This document shows positions 1 to 8,716 of a stretch of 35,178 nucleotides of DNA, in pieces (the first letter of the stretch is position 1; each line of letters starts with the position of its first letter). The notes under the pieces were generated by a model that had not been told where the DNA came from, did no database searches, and was given only the letters and a program-made list of their open reading frames with translations. Made by a program: the position numbers and the translations under genes. Source of the stretch: a virus; the IMG/VR virus record IMGVR_UViG_3300021326_000002, one strand, 5' to 3'.

Positions 1-127
1 TGATATTCAGCATAATAAATAAACTCCTTATCTATTGATTTTTATGATTTAGGTAGTGCCGCCGCCGCTTGCAGCTTTGCGCATTTCAAAAGACGATACC
101 TCGGTAACTTCCCACAAGTCGCCGTCG
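1..127. repeat. Terminal overlap, identical to 35052-35178 (circular-assembly signature; unique genome length 35,051 bp)
   Basis: Read directly: both ends carry tgatattcagcataataaataaactcc...cccacaagtcgccgtcg. The overlap runs from an intergenic spacer into the 3' end of the major tail gene, so it is not a biological terminus. Confidence 0.9.
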
Positions 128-669
128 AGTTCGTCGGTGGTGTAATGCGCGTTGAATTCAAGCGCAAGCTCGCCCTCGGCTTTCTGCGTCGCGGTCGCGG
201 TAAGTCCGCCCTCGTGCATAGGGTTGTGTATAGTGATCTTCTTGTATGTGCCGTCGATCAGCTTTGCAAACATAGTTATGTTGTCAAGATATGCACTATC
301 GGGGATAATACCCATTTTCGGGTTTTTGATAGTCGCGGGGTCTGCTGCAAGGCTGCTTGTGATCTCTGTGCCTGTGCTGTCGTACATACGGCAAAAAGGC
401 ATAGCAAGCGCGAGGTTGCGCTGCGACATATTGATAACGGTTACTTTCAGCGTTGCCGCCTGCTCGTCAATGGTCTGCATACCCGCCGTTTTGCCTACCC
501 TGCCGTCAAACTCAATGTCGCGAATAGTCGCGGTTGCGGAGAATTCGCCGCCGCCCCTGCAAGGCAAAAGCGGCCTTTCGTTGGTCTTGCCGTAATCAAG
601 AATACAAACGCCCTCGTCAATCTGTATCTTTTCGATTTCCTGCTTTGTAAGGTTTTTTACAATCGGCAT
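49..669 (-). CDS. Major tail protein (206 aa)
   Basis: ATG start with AAGGAGGG RBS. Lies between the tail terminator-like gene and, across the circular junction, the G/T chaperones and tape measure. Size is typical of siphovirus tail tube proteins. Confidence 0.7.
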   Translation of the reverse strand: MPIVKNLTKQEIEKIQIDEGVCILDYGKTNERPLLPCRGGGEFSATATIRDIEFDGRVGKTAGMQTIDEQAATLKVTVINMSQRNLALAMPFCRMYDSTGTEITSSLAADPATIKNPKMGIIPDSAYLDNITMFAKLIDGTYKKITIHNPMHEGGLTATATQKAEGELALEFNAHYTTDELDGDLWEVTEVSSFEMRKAASGGGTT

Positions 670-681
670 TTATAGCCCTCC

Positions 682-1065
682 TTATTCGTAGAATACACGC
701 GCCGTCCACTCTTGCCGACGGTGGTTAATGTCAAACTCGGTTTCGTCCAAGTTCAGCGACTTTTCAAAATTAAGGTGTCCGCCGAAATACCCCTCGGCGC
801 GTATGATCGCCGCGTCAAGGGTGTTGCGCAAGCTGTCGCAAGCCTGCTGCAAGGCGGTGTTGTTGTCGGTTACGCGGTCGTCGCCGAATAGATCGACGTA
901 AAAAAACACAAGGTCGCCGTTGCGGTCTGCTATGTCCGAATGCACGGGGCTGTTAATGACGCAATACAACGCGTCAGACGGCTTTTCAGCGTCCTCGTAG
1001 TATGCGGGCAAGACCTCGTTAAAAGCCGCCACAATCGCCGCGTATAGCCTTGTAGTGTCTATCAT
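682..1065 (-). CDS. Tail terminator / tail completion protein (127 aa)
   Basis: Synteny: last head-tail joining gene immediately upstream of the major tail gene. ATG abuts the stop of the preceding gene. Confidence 0.55.
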   Translation of the reverse strand: MIDTTRLYAAIVAAFNEVLPAYYEDAEKPSDALYCVINSPVHSDIADRNGDLVFFYVDLFGDDRVTDNNTALQQACDSLRNTLDAAIIRAEGYFGGHLNFEKSLNLDETEFDINHRRQEWTARVFYE

Positions 1066-1608
1066 TTAGTCGTCGTCCTCCGCTTCTCCGTCAAATACCT
1101 TGCCGCCCGCCTTTTCGATTTCTTCGTTAAGCAGTTGCAAATATTCCTCTTGTGCTGCCCGTATTTCTGCAATGTTGTTATAAACACTATTGCGTAATAC
1201 ATTTGTCGCCTGCTGTCCGGGGTGGTTGACGTGGTAGCCGTAAAATGTACCTGTGCTTTTGTCGTATAACGGCTTTGCGTCGTCTTTTGTCAAGCGCGGT
1301 ATCGGGTGTGGCTTTGTGCCTTGCTCTATCCACCACGGCGACGAGTGCGACGGCTTCTTGCCGCGCTTTCTCACCTTTTGCCAGCCGTAAAACCCGACTT
1401 GCATTTGCGGTTGTCCCGTCTTGTAGTCGATAAATACCCACGAGGCTATATGGTTTTTTATGTTCTTTGTGCGCATAGGCACGTCGTCGCGGACGTGCTT
1501 TCGTATGACTTTACCACTTGCGCGCAAAGCGGATTTTGCAAGCCCCGCCATTGTCTTTTTGACCTCCGGCGAGGTGTCAACAAACGTTATGCCCGATTTT
1601 TTAGACAT
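1066..1608 (-). CDS. HK97 gp10-like head-tail joining protein (180 aa)
   Basis: Position between the head-closure and tail-terminator genes. Sequence character resembles the HK97 gp10 family. Confidence 0.55.
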   Translation of the reverse strand: MSKKSGITFVDTSPEVKKTMAGLAKSALRASGKVIRKHVRDDVPMRTKNIKNHIASWVFIDYKTGQPQMQVGFYGWQKVRKRGKKPSHSSPWWIEQGTKPHPIPRLTKDDAKPLYDKSTGTFYGYHVNHPGQQATNVLRNSVYNNIAEIRAAQEEYLQLLNEEIEKAGGKVFDGEAEDDD

Positions 1609-1912
1609 CTTCTTTCACCAACGTTGTTAATATAAGCTCGAGGTTTTCGTTTTTGACGGGATATGTACGAACAACGCGATACATCACGCCGCCAAATTCA
1701 AAATATTCCTCGCGCTGATATTCTTCCGCTTTGATCTCAATGCATAGCTCGGGCTTTACGCCTGCTGTTGCTGCTTGATAGAATTCATTGCGCTTGACGC
1801 CTTTTTCATTGCAGTAAACCTCGCGGCGGTCATATCCCGCCTTTGTGGTGCGCCGCATTGCGTCAAGTTTTTTTATCGGCTTGCATAAGTAACCTATATC
1901 GCGCCAATACAC
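1601..1912 (-). CDS. Head closure / head-tail adaptor protein, SPP1 gp16-like (103 aa, GTG start)
   Basis: Size and position after the gp6-like connector. Small beta-rich protein typical of this family. Confidence 0.55.
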   Translation of the reverse strand: MYWRDIGYLCKPIKKLDAMRRTTKAGYDRREVYCNEKGVKRNEFYQAATAGVKPELCIEIKAEEYQREEYFEFGGVMYRVVRTYPVKNENLELILTTLVKEDV

Positions 1913-1916
1913 ACAA

Positions 1917-2225
1917 TCACCCGCTTTCGGTGTCCTTGTATTCGTCCGACAACATTAAATGCCGTTTAAGCATTTCGTAACTTTCGCGGTATCTTTCCGC
2001 GTCGCCGTTATCAAGTCCAAAATCTGCCTTGACGTATGCCGTAATAGCCCGCTTAATAAGCGGGTCGGCTTCGTCATTGACCTTTTTCGCCTTTATGCCG
2101 CCGAGGTCGTGCAGGTCGGCACGGGCGGCGGCTATAAGGTCGGCTATTTCATCGTCAAATTTCGGGTGATTGATACGGAGCGCCGCCCGCATACTTAATA
2201 CATAGCGTTCGGATATATCAGACAT
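1917..2225 (-). CDS. gp6-like head-tail connector (102 aa)
   Basis: Immediately downstream of the major capsid gene. Helical, about 100 aa, with motifs such as ADLIAAARADL and AITAYVKADFG typical of this family. Confidence 0.6.
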   Translation of the reverse strand: MSDISERYVLSMRAALRINHPKFDDEIADLIAAARADLHDLGGIKAKKVNDEADPLIKRAITAYVKADFGLDNGDAERYRESYEMLKRHLMLSDEYKDTESG

Positions 2226-2246
2226 AGGACAACGCCCCCCTTTACT

Positions 2247-3488
2247 TTAGGTCGTCGTTTTCTTCTTGCCGTAAATGACCGTGCCGGGCTGGAGCGCGCC
2301 GCTCCAAAGTCCCCAAGCGGTGTAATCGTCGCGGCGGGTCTTGCCGCTGGTGTCAATTGCGAGGCTAAGTGCTTCGTGCTCATTCATGCGGTAAAATCTG
2401 CTGATATTGCCGATAATGAAATCACCGTCGTTGAGGTAGGGGTCAGACTCTACCTTGTAGCCTGCAACGCTGTTTACACCCACGCCGTTGATAGGATTGT
2501 GAATGTAGTCGCCGACTGTGTTCTTTGTAAACGCGATTTCCTCCATAATGGACGGAGAAACGTAAATCTTTGCGCCTACCTTGTGGCGCTTGTCGGTAAA
2601 CTTACCCAGCGCAACGCCGATACCGTCAAGGGCTGTACCCTCGTACTGATACGATACCGCGTCGGCGGTAATGCCTTTCATCTGCCCGGGGTCAGCCGTT
2701 CCGCCGAGTCCGTAGATAACCTCGTTAATGCTCTTTTCTTCTATCTGCTCCGAAAGTTCGTCAAGCAGATAGTTGAAAAATTCGTTGATCGCCATAGCTT
2801 TGAGCCGCCAAGATACGGCAATAGTTGCCGCGATCTCGGATAGTGCGAGGGTGAGGTTAGCCCATTCAACGGACATTTCGGGGGTTTTGGTGCTTTCCTT
2901 TACGTTCTTTGCCTTTGATACGGTCTTACGGTAAGGGAAATTAAGCAGCCCGGGAACGCTGGTCTTGTGAATGTCCTTGAAAATAGGGCTTACAAGTCCG
3001 ATACGCTCCATAAGCGAGAGGTTAATATCAGTCGGGATAAACAGACCGCCGTTATTAACACCGTCAACGCCTGCGGTCGGTGCGGTATACTGTGTTGCGG
3101 TCGTAGTAACCGCCGTGTCGAGTGCGCGCTGCTCTGCGGGGGTCATTGCCCGGCGGAGAAACATCTTTGCAAACGCGCTCCTATATTCGGGGGTTGCAAG
3201 TATCGCACGCCCCTCGGGCACGGGTGCAGGCGGCTCGGCGCTGCCGTTTTCGGTGATAGGATTAGCAATTGCAGTGGGCGCATTTGTTGCTGCTGCCGCT
3301 GTGCCGCCCATACCCTTGATAGCGTTTTCGCGCCTTTCAAGGTCTGCGAGTTCGTCGTTAAGTGCGTTGATCTCTGTCGTCAGTGCGTCGAGGTCAATAG
3401 CGTTGCCTGCGTCGTCCTTGCCGCTTTCAAGCATACGTCTGATTTCTGCCTTGCGGCGAGAAATTTCGCCTTTTCTCTTTTCAAACAT
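2247..3488 (-). CDS. Major capsid protein, HK97 fold, with N-terminal coiled-coil delta domain (413 aa)
   Basis: Charged coiled-coil N-terminus (EINALNDELADLERRENAIKG) followed by a capsid body. Directly follows the prohead protease gene. Confidence 0.85.
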   Translation of the reverse strand: MFEKRKGEISRRKAEIRRMLESGKDDAGNAIDLDALTTEINALNDELADLERRENAIKGMGGTAAAATNAPTAIANPITENGSAEPPAPVPEGRAILATPEYRSAFAKMFLRRAMTPAEQRALDTAVTTTATQYTAPTAGVDGVNNGGLFIPTDINLSLMERIGLVSPIFKDIHKTSVPGLLNFPYRKTVSKAKNVKESTKTPEMSVEWANLTLALSEIAATIAVSWRLKAMAINEFFNYLLDELSEQIEEKSINEVIYGLGGTADPGQMKGITADAVSYQYEGTALDGIGVALGKFTDKRHKVGAKIYVSPSIMEEIAFTKNTVGDYIHNPINGVGVNSVAGYKVESDPYLNDGDFIIGNISRFYRMNEHEALSLAIDTSGKTRRDDYTAWGLWSGALQPGTVIYGKKKTTT

Positions 3489-3503
3489 GGTTTCTACCTC
3501 CTG

Positions 3504-4112
3504 TTAAATAAGTGTCATTGCTATAAGCTGCTTGCGGCGACGTTCGTACTCCAGCCGTTCAAAGTCCTTTGCGCGCTCCGCTTCAAAAGACTTTCGCGCC
3601 GTTAGCGACGTTTCCTCATACGCGGGTATATCAACCGCCGAAACGTCGTATAGCTTTTTTATTCTTGTTACTTTACGGGTGTGTGTTTCCGGGTCGTACT
3701 CCTCGCCGTCGGGCTCGACAACCGTAAAAGCAAAAGACATTTTGTCAATATATCCGCCGCGTATTTCTTCGTAGAGCTTGCGCCCCTCTTCCGTGCCGGA
3801 TAGATCGGCGGTTATATCAAGCCCGCCGTTGCTAAAATCAAGTTTAAGGGTCTTGTTTTTCAGCCTTGCAACAACCTTGCCACTGTGATTATAATTCATA
3901 ATCACGTCGGACATATCGCAATTTATGAACGCGTTGCGGTCTATGACCTCGTAATACTTTATACCGTCCATTTCAAAAAGGCACGTCGGACTATCAAAGA
4001 CAACTGCACGCCCCTTGACCTGATAGGCGGGCGCGGCGGCGTCGTTCGGCAATGCTTCAACGTTTGCAAATGCGCGGTATTCTCTTTGATTTGGCTTAAA
4101 TGGCATTGTCAT
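3504..4112 (-). CDS. Prohead maturation protease, HK97 family (202 aa)
   Basis: Portal-protease-capsid order. Start overlaps the portal gene end by 17 nt; an alternative ATG lies at 4106. Confidence 0.8.
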   Translation of the reverse strand: MTMPFKPNQREYRAFANVEALPNDAAAPAYQVKGRAVVFDSPTCLFEMDGIKYYEVIDRNAFINCDMSDVIMNYNHSGKVVARLKNKTLKLDFSNGGLDITADLSGTEEGRKLYEEIRGGYIDKMSFAFTVVEPDGEEYDPETHTRKVTRIKKLYDVSAVDIPAYEETSLTARKSFEAERAKDFERLEYERRRKQLIAMTLI

Positions 4113-5358
4113 TTCCCTCTCCCTCCGTTTCTTCTCCGCTATCTTGCGGGGCTTTGTCGCTTGTGTCGCCTAACTGGTATTCGTCGGCTCGATCAGCGTT
4201 CACCATGTTCAACGTTTGAACACGCCTTGCGCCCTCTGCTCCGCCCAGCGGCGACATATTGTAAGCAAGCAGCACATTGTCAACCGTAACCGCGCCAATA
4301 TCCGCAAGAAATTTCAAAGCGGCGGTTTTGTCGGATAGCTTTTCGTTCTGCAAGCTGTTGCCCTCGAATATTATTTCGTTTCCGTAACCGAATTCGCGCC
4401 CGGAAAAAAGCGCGTTTGTAAATGCTTGTGATAGCTGTTCGTAAAACGGCGCGATCTCGCCGTTATAAAACGCGCTTGCCTGTTCGGGGCTTTCCTTGTT
4501 CTGCACAATAGCCTCATTCACGCCGAAATAGTCGTATATTTCGCCCTTGACATATTCAAGCTGCCCTGTCGGTATCGGCGTTTGCTTGTCGTTTATCGGC
4601 GTGTATTCGTACTTATTGTCGGTAACAATAACGCCCGCGCCGTTGTTTTCCATTCGCAAGTTATCGCGGATAAATTCATCACGGCGGCGGTTTAAGTCCT
4701 CGGCTTTGGTACTGGACGCAACTTTCAGTATGCCGCGTATTACCGAAACAAGCTCGGCAAGTTTCCCCATGCTCTGATTAAACGTGTCAGCCGTTTGCAG
4801 TACGGGCGTGATCGGCTTGTTGCTGTCGCCGAATATGTCGTTATTGTTGTTATGCCTGCTTATATGAATTAGATCGGCATACGGGCAAGTGTAGACATTG
4901 CCCGTTGAAAAACGCATTTTGCAAAACAGTTCCCCGCCGACGCTTACAAGCTCTATTGCATAGGCGTTGACGTTGTAGAGTGCTTCAAGCTCACCCGTTA
5001 TAGTGTTCCATACGGGATATACAAAAGCGTTGTTGTATATCTTGTATTGCGTTGCTATGCGGTAATAAAACTTATATGCCGACGTGTACGGGTTTGGTCT
5101 GAATTGCAGCAGCCTATTGTATCGGCTTTTCGATACGTTGATAAAATCAACGTCGCTGCGTCTGATATGGCGCGGCTTGACCTTTGCCGCACGTCTTGCG
5201 AACGCGTCAACCGACGCCCGGACGGTGTTAATGTCGTAGGCGTTGCCCGAGAATGGCACGAACGTTGTTTGCGTCGTATTTAGCAAGGTGTATTGTGTTG
5301 CGGTCTGTATCGTCTTATCCTTGCCGAATATAGTTTGAAAAAGTCCGCGCTTTCGCAT
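4096..5358 (-). CDS. Portal protein, HK97 family (420 aa)
   Basis: Follows TerL. Size and acidic C-terminal tail (DSGEETEGEGNDN) are typical of portal proteins. Confidence 0.85.
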   Translation of the reverse strand: MRKRGLFQTIFGKDKTIQTATQYTLLNTTQTTFVPFSGNAYDINTVRASVDAFARRAAKVKPRHIRRSDVDFINVSKSRYNRLLQFRPNPYTSAYKFYYRIATQYKIYNNAFVYPVWNTITGELEALYNVNAYAIELVSVGGELFCKMRFSTGNVYTCPYADLIHISRHNNNNDIFGDSNKPITPVLQTADTFNQSMGKLAELVSVIRGILKVASSTKAEDLNRRRDEFIRDNLRMENNGAGVIVTDNKYEYTPINDKQTPIPTGQLEYVKGEIYDYFGVNEAIVQNKESPEQASAFYNGEIAPFYEQLSQAFTNALFSGREFGYGNEIIFEGNSLQNEKLSDKTAALKFLADIGAVTVDNVLLAYNMSPLGGAEGARRVQTLNMVNADRADEYQLGDTSDKAPQDSGEETEGEGNDNAI

Positions 5359-5366
5359 TGCTTCAC

Positions 5367-7040
5367 CTACCCAACGTTATACATATAATCTTCAAAATCA
5401 CGAACATAAACAACCCACGCGTTAAGTAGCGATACCATGCCGTCAATACGGCGTTTCGCGCTTATCTTATCGGGCATTATGTTTGATATGCCTATTTCTT
5501 TCTTTGCGGTGTTAGATAAACACCATTTCAAGATCGGGTTATTGTTGTAATTAACGATCTTGTCCTCGAACGCGGCGCCCATTTCGCGCATAGGCTGCGA
5601 AAAAGTGAACGTACCTTGTATGACTTTTTCCATTGTAAAGCCGTTCGCGGTCATTTCATCAACCCAATATCCGGCGAGGGCGCGGTCATATCCGCATTTC
5701 CAACAATCTATCTTGTATCGGTCGCGCATTTCGCAAAACCACGCCGTCACGTCGCTGTAATTGACGCGTGCGCCCTTGCAGACGGTCAAAAGCCCTCTAT
5801 CGCGCCATATCTTATACGGCGCTTCGTCGTTGCTGTGTCCGCCGCTGCGCTGCTTCTTGCCGTCAAGCTCTGCAAGCCTGCTTTCGGGTAAGAAATATTG
5901 TTGCAGTACATAAACCGTCTTATCGTTCGGCTTGCGTATAAGCAGCGTCGCGCACGTCAAGTCCGTTGTCGCGGATAGGTCACAACCGCCTATTGCGTAA
6001 GTGTCATAAACGTCCTCATAAGTAAACGTTGCGGGGTTGTTGATAACATCAAACGACAACCACGACGACGAGCCATTCTCGCGTATGTTAAAATCTTTGC
6101 AAAGCACGCCCGGCAAGTCCTCGGGGTTTTTCAAAGCGCGGTCAACAAAAGACTTTAACGTTTTGGTCTGCTTTATTACACCTAAACCGGGGTTTGCTTT
6201 TATCCAGCATTTAGGGTCTTTGAATTCCTCGCGGCTGTCAAGCTCATAAAGGATAGCTAAAAACGTGTCGTCTATTTCTTCGCCGTCAGCGATCTTGCAG
6301 GCGTACTCGTACATATTGTCAAAAATACATTCGCGTACTGTTCCGGCGGTCGTAATCATAATAATTAACGGCTGCCGTCTGCTCGAGGTTGACTGCTTCA
6401 TAACTTCATACAAGTTGCGATCGCGTATCGCGTGCAGTTCGTCGATAATAACGCCGTGCGAGTTCAGACCGTCAAGCGTGTTACTGTCGGAGGCTAACGC
6501 TTCAAACTTTGACGACGTAGCAGCGAAATAAATGTCGTTGCGCCGCTTTTTCAAAACCGCCCGCAATTCGGGGCTTTGCTTAACCATGTTCACGGCTTCG
6601 GTCAACGCCTTGCGCGCTTGATCTTTCTTTGTCGCAACGGAGTATATTTCCGCCGCGCCCTCACAATCGGCGACAAGCAAGTATAAGGCTATGCCCGCCA
6701 TAAGCGTTGTTTTGCCGTTCTTCCTGCCGACAAGGAACATTGTTTCGCGGAAACGTCGCAAGCCCGTTTCTTTTTCAAGAAATCCGAAAAGCGCTTGTAT
6801 ATATGCTTTCTGAAATAATTCTAAGTGCAGCGGCGCGCCGAGGTCGCCTTGCGCCTGCTTGCAAAATGTTTCGATAAACGCAATAGGACGCTCGCCCTCT
6901 TCTTCGTCGAAATAATATTTATAATTTTTCGGCGGCTTGTCTATCTCTTTCAGTAGCCTTGTATATACTTTCCGCACTCTTGCGGAGGTCTTGATTTTTC
7001 CCTTACGGATAAGCTCGACGTATTCGCGTATGTAGTTCAA
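5367..7040 (-). CDS. terL: Terminase large subunit (557 aa, TTG start)
   Basis: Walker A-like LVGRKNGKTT, Walker B-like VIIDELH, and a C-terminal nuclease region. Located between TerS and the portal gene. Confidence 0.9.
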   Translation of the reverse strand: MNYIREYVELIRKGKIKTSARVRKVYTRLLKEIDKPPKNYKYYFDEEEGERPIAFIETFCKQAQGDLGAPLHLELFQKAYIQALFGFLEKETGLRRFRETMFLVGRKNGKTTLMAGIALYLLVADCEGAAEIYSVATKKDQARKALTEAVNMVKQSPELRAVLKKRRNDIYFAATSSKFEALASDSNTLDGLNSHGVIIDELHAIRDRNLYEVMKQSTSSRRQPLIIMITTAGTVRECIFDNMYEYACKIADGEEIDDTFLAILYELDSREEFKDPKCWIKANPGLGVIKQTKTLKSFVDRALKNPEDLPGVLCKDFNIRENGSSSWLSFDVINNPATFTYEDVYDTYAIGGCDLSATTDLTCATLLIRKPNDKTVYVLQQYFLPESRLAELDGKKQRSGGHSNDEAPYKIWRDRGLLTVCKGARVNYSDVTAWFCEMRDRYKIDCWKCGYDRALAGYWVDEMTANGFTMEKVIQGTFTFSQPMREMGAAFEDKIVNYNNNPILKWCLSNTAKKEIGISNIMPDKISAKRRIDGMVSLLNAWVVYVRDFEDYMYNVG

Positions 7041-7046
7041 AGCCTG

Positions 7047-7406
7047 CTATTTCCTTGTCGGCTTTTTGGTCGCGAACGCTAACAAGGTTTCGCCCACGCG
7101 GTCGGCGTCGGTGGGCGGCAACTGTTCGCATAGCTGCTTGATAACCGCCGAATAGTTCTTTACCATTGCGTTATACTGCGATATAAGCGGGTGCGCCCGC
7201 TCTATCTTGTAATTGCCCTGCGGCATTTCGACTATAACGCCGTCGGCGTCAATGCGCTGCTCCATATCCTTTAGCTTTTCCCGCATAAATACGGCACGTT
7301 CAAACAAGCTATCGTTGATTTTCTTCTTATCTTCGGGCATATTTGCAAAGATTTTTTTAAACTTGTTTAGTTCGCGCTTTCTTATTTTTAATATATCCTC
7401 ATTCAT
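7047..7406 (-). CDS. terS: Terminase small subunit, P27-like (119 aa)
   Basis: Small basic helical protein directly upstream of terL. Resembles the P27 family, which typically accompanies an HNH endonuclease in cos-type phages. Confidence 0.7.
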   Translation of the reverse strand: MNEDILKIRKRELNKFKKIFANMPEDKKKINDSLFERAVFMREKLKDMEQRIDADGVIVEMPQGNYKIERAHPLISQYNAMVKNYSAVIKQLCEQLPPTDADRVGETLLAFATKKPTRK

Positions 7407-7443
7407 TCAAAAATCAACTCCTTTGCCGTGTAGTAGGGGGGTC

Positions 7444-7482
7444 TATACGCGCCCGTGGAGTCCTAAAAAGGACTTATACGCG
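7444..7482. other. Candidate cos/packaging-site core: TATACGCG direct repeats flanking an AGTCCT-aaaa-AGGACT hairpin
   Basis: TATACGCG at 7444-7451 and 7475-7482. A 6-bp stem with a 4-nt loop lies at 7459-7474. The element sits in the non-coding gap just upstream of terS. Confidence 0.3.
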
Positions 7483-7498
7483 GTTCTTAAAAATGGCT

Positions 7499-7777
7499 TT
7501 AATGATTTTCAACCGGGGGGGATATTTCAGATTTTTTTGACGCGGTAAGGTCAGCCGCGCCCGCGTTATATTCGTACTGCTCCCCGATCTCGACGGCTGC
7601 CGTTGCTGCCGTGTTTATAAAAAACCTTGTGCCGTCTACTGTGTCAACCAATGCGCCGCCCTGCTCTACCGCGTCGCAAAGCTGCTTGTCAAAGCTGCTT
7701 ACTGTCTGCGGTACAACAACGGTCTTTTGCAAGACCGCGCCGCCAATGGTATATATATAAATATCCTGCACGATCAT
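7499..7777 (-). CDS. Hypothetical protein (92 aa)
   Basis: ORF whose start overlaps the HNH stop (ATGA). No recognisable motifs. Confidence 0.5.
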   Translation of the reverse strand: MIVQDIYIYTIGGAVLQKTVVVPQTVSSFDKQLCDAVEQGGALVDTVDGTRFFINTAATAAVEIGEQYEYNAGAADLTASKKSEISPPVENH

Positions 7778-8151
7778 TCAGCATTACCTCGCTTTATCAA
7801 GTCGCCGTTAGCGTCGAACATCAAGCCCTTGTCTGTCGCTGGCGTTCCCTCGTGCTCTATTGCGTGACATTCACGGCAAAGCGTTTCAAGGTTTTTCGGG
7901 TTAAGCGATATAAACGGGTCATTGATATTGCGCGGCGTTAAGTGCGTCTTGTGGTGTACGATCTCGCCCGGCGCGCCGCAACGGACGCACAAGCCGAAAT
8001 CACGCTTGAATACATTATCGCGTACCCTCCGCCATTCCGGCGACAAATAGAACTTTTTAGCCCATTCCTGCATATCAGCGTCCCGCCCCTCGCCTTTGTG
8101 CCTTACGGCATACAATATGCGCATACCCTTAACGCCCGCTATTGCGTGCAT
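7774..8151 (-). CDS. HNH endonuclease, packaging-associated (125 aa)
   Basis: Motif CVRCGAPGEIVHHKTH...LETLCRECHAIEH. Located just upstream of the terminase genes. Confidence 0.85.
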   Translation of the reverse strand: MHAIAGVKGMRILYAVRHKGEGRDADMQEWAKKFYLSPEWRRVRDNVFKRDFGLCVRCGAPGEIVHHKTHLTPRNINDPFISLNPKNLETLCRECHAIEHEGTPATDKGLMFDANGDLIKRGNAE

Positions 8152-8169
8152 ATACTCGTCCTAAGTATA

Positions 8170-8221
8170 ATTATAAATCGCTTTGCGAAAAGTTTCTATA
8201 CACGATTTTTACACCGATTTT
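8170..8221 (-). promoter_or_regulatory. Putative activator-dependent late promoter: -10 TATAAT, poor -35, and two tandem 11-12 bp repeats upstream
   Basis: Minus-strand TATAAT at 8170-8175. The -35 position reads TAGAAA. TACACGATTTT (8199-8209) and TACACCGATTTT (8210-8221) sit immediately upstream. Confidence 0.3.
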
Positions 8222-8293
8222 TGTATAATTTGCCTAAACATTCAGCGCGATCAGCCGCTTTAATAGATCTGCCATTTGTGCAATATGCAAAAA

Positions 8294-8716
8294 TCACCGA
8301 AAAAGCCGCCCGCCGTAATAAAGCATAGCAAAGCCCCTTACTGCCCTGTTTTTGATATTATAAAGCGTCGTAAGGCTTTCGTAGTGCATATATTCAAGTA
8401 TATATTCTTTCGGCTTATGTTCGATATACCACCAACGCAATATAACACGTTCTTCACTGTCAAGTTGCTGCAATACCTGTTCTATGTGGGTTATCAGCTT
8501 GTACGTATAGTCTATGTCGTCTAAGGTCTGTTTGTATTCAAGCCACAAGGACTCGGCTTTGCTAAACGCGCCGCGCCGCTTTTTGCTATCTTGTGCGGGC
8601 GGCTCGGCTGCATACTTTGCAAGCATTGTCTTTCGCTCTTGTAAGTTGTTTACGGACTTTTTAAGCGTCGGTAATTCTGTTAGCACCTTTTCGGCTTCTT
8701 TGAAATAATCTATCAT
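8294..8716 (-). CDS. Late-gene transcriptional activator, sigma-70 region-4-like (ArpU/RinA type) (140 aa)
   Basis: C-terminal LDSEERVILRWWYIEHKPKEYILEYMHYESLTTLYNIKNRAVRGF resembles a sigma region-4 HTH. I chose the internal ATG at 8716 (ATGA overlap with the Rep stop) over the longer track ORF that starts at 8863. Confidence 0.55.
   Translation of the reverse strand: MIDYFKEAEKVLTELPTLKKSVNNLQERKTMLAKYAAEPPAQDSKKRRGAFSKAESLWLEYKQTLDDIDYTYKLITHIEQVLQQLDSEERVILRWWYIEHKPKEYILEYMHYESLTTLYNIKNRAVRGFAMLYYGGRLFR

Noticed and set aside
8222-8229. Plus-strand extended -10 (TGTATAAT) pointing into the late-activator gene, considered as a possible antisense RNA promoter
   Set aside because: There is no credible -35 and no downstream plus-strand gene or structured RNA that I could identify. 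The sequence may simply be AT-rich promoter DNA belonging to the minus-strand late promoter region.
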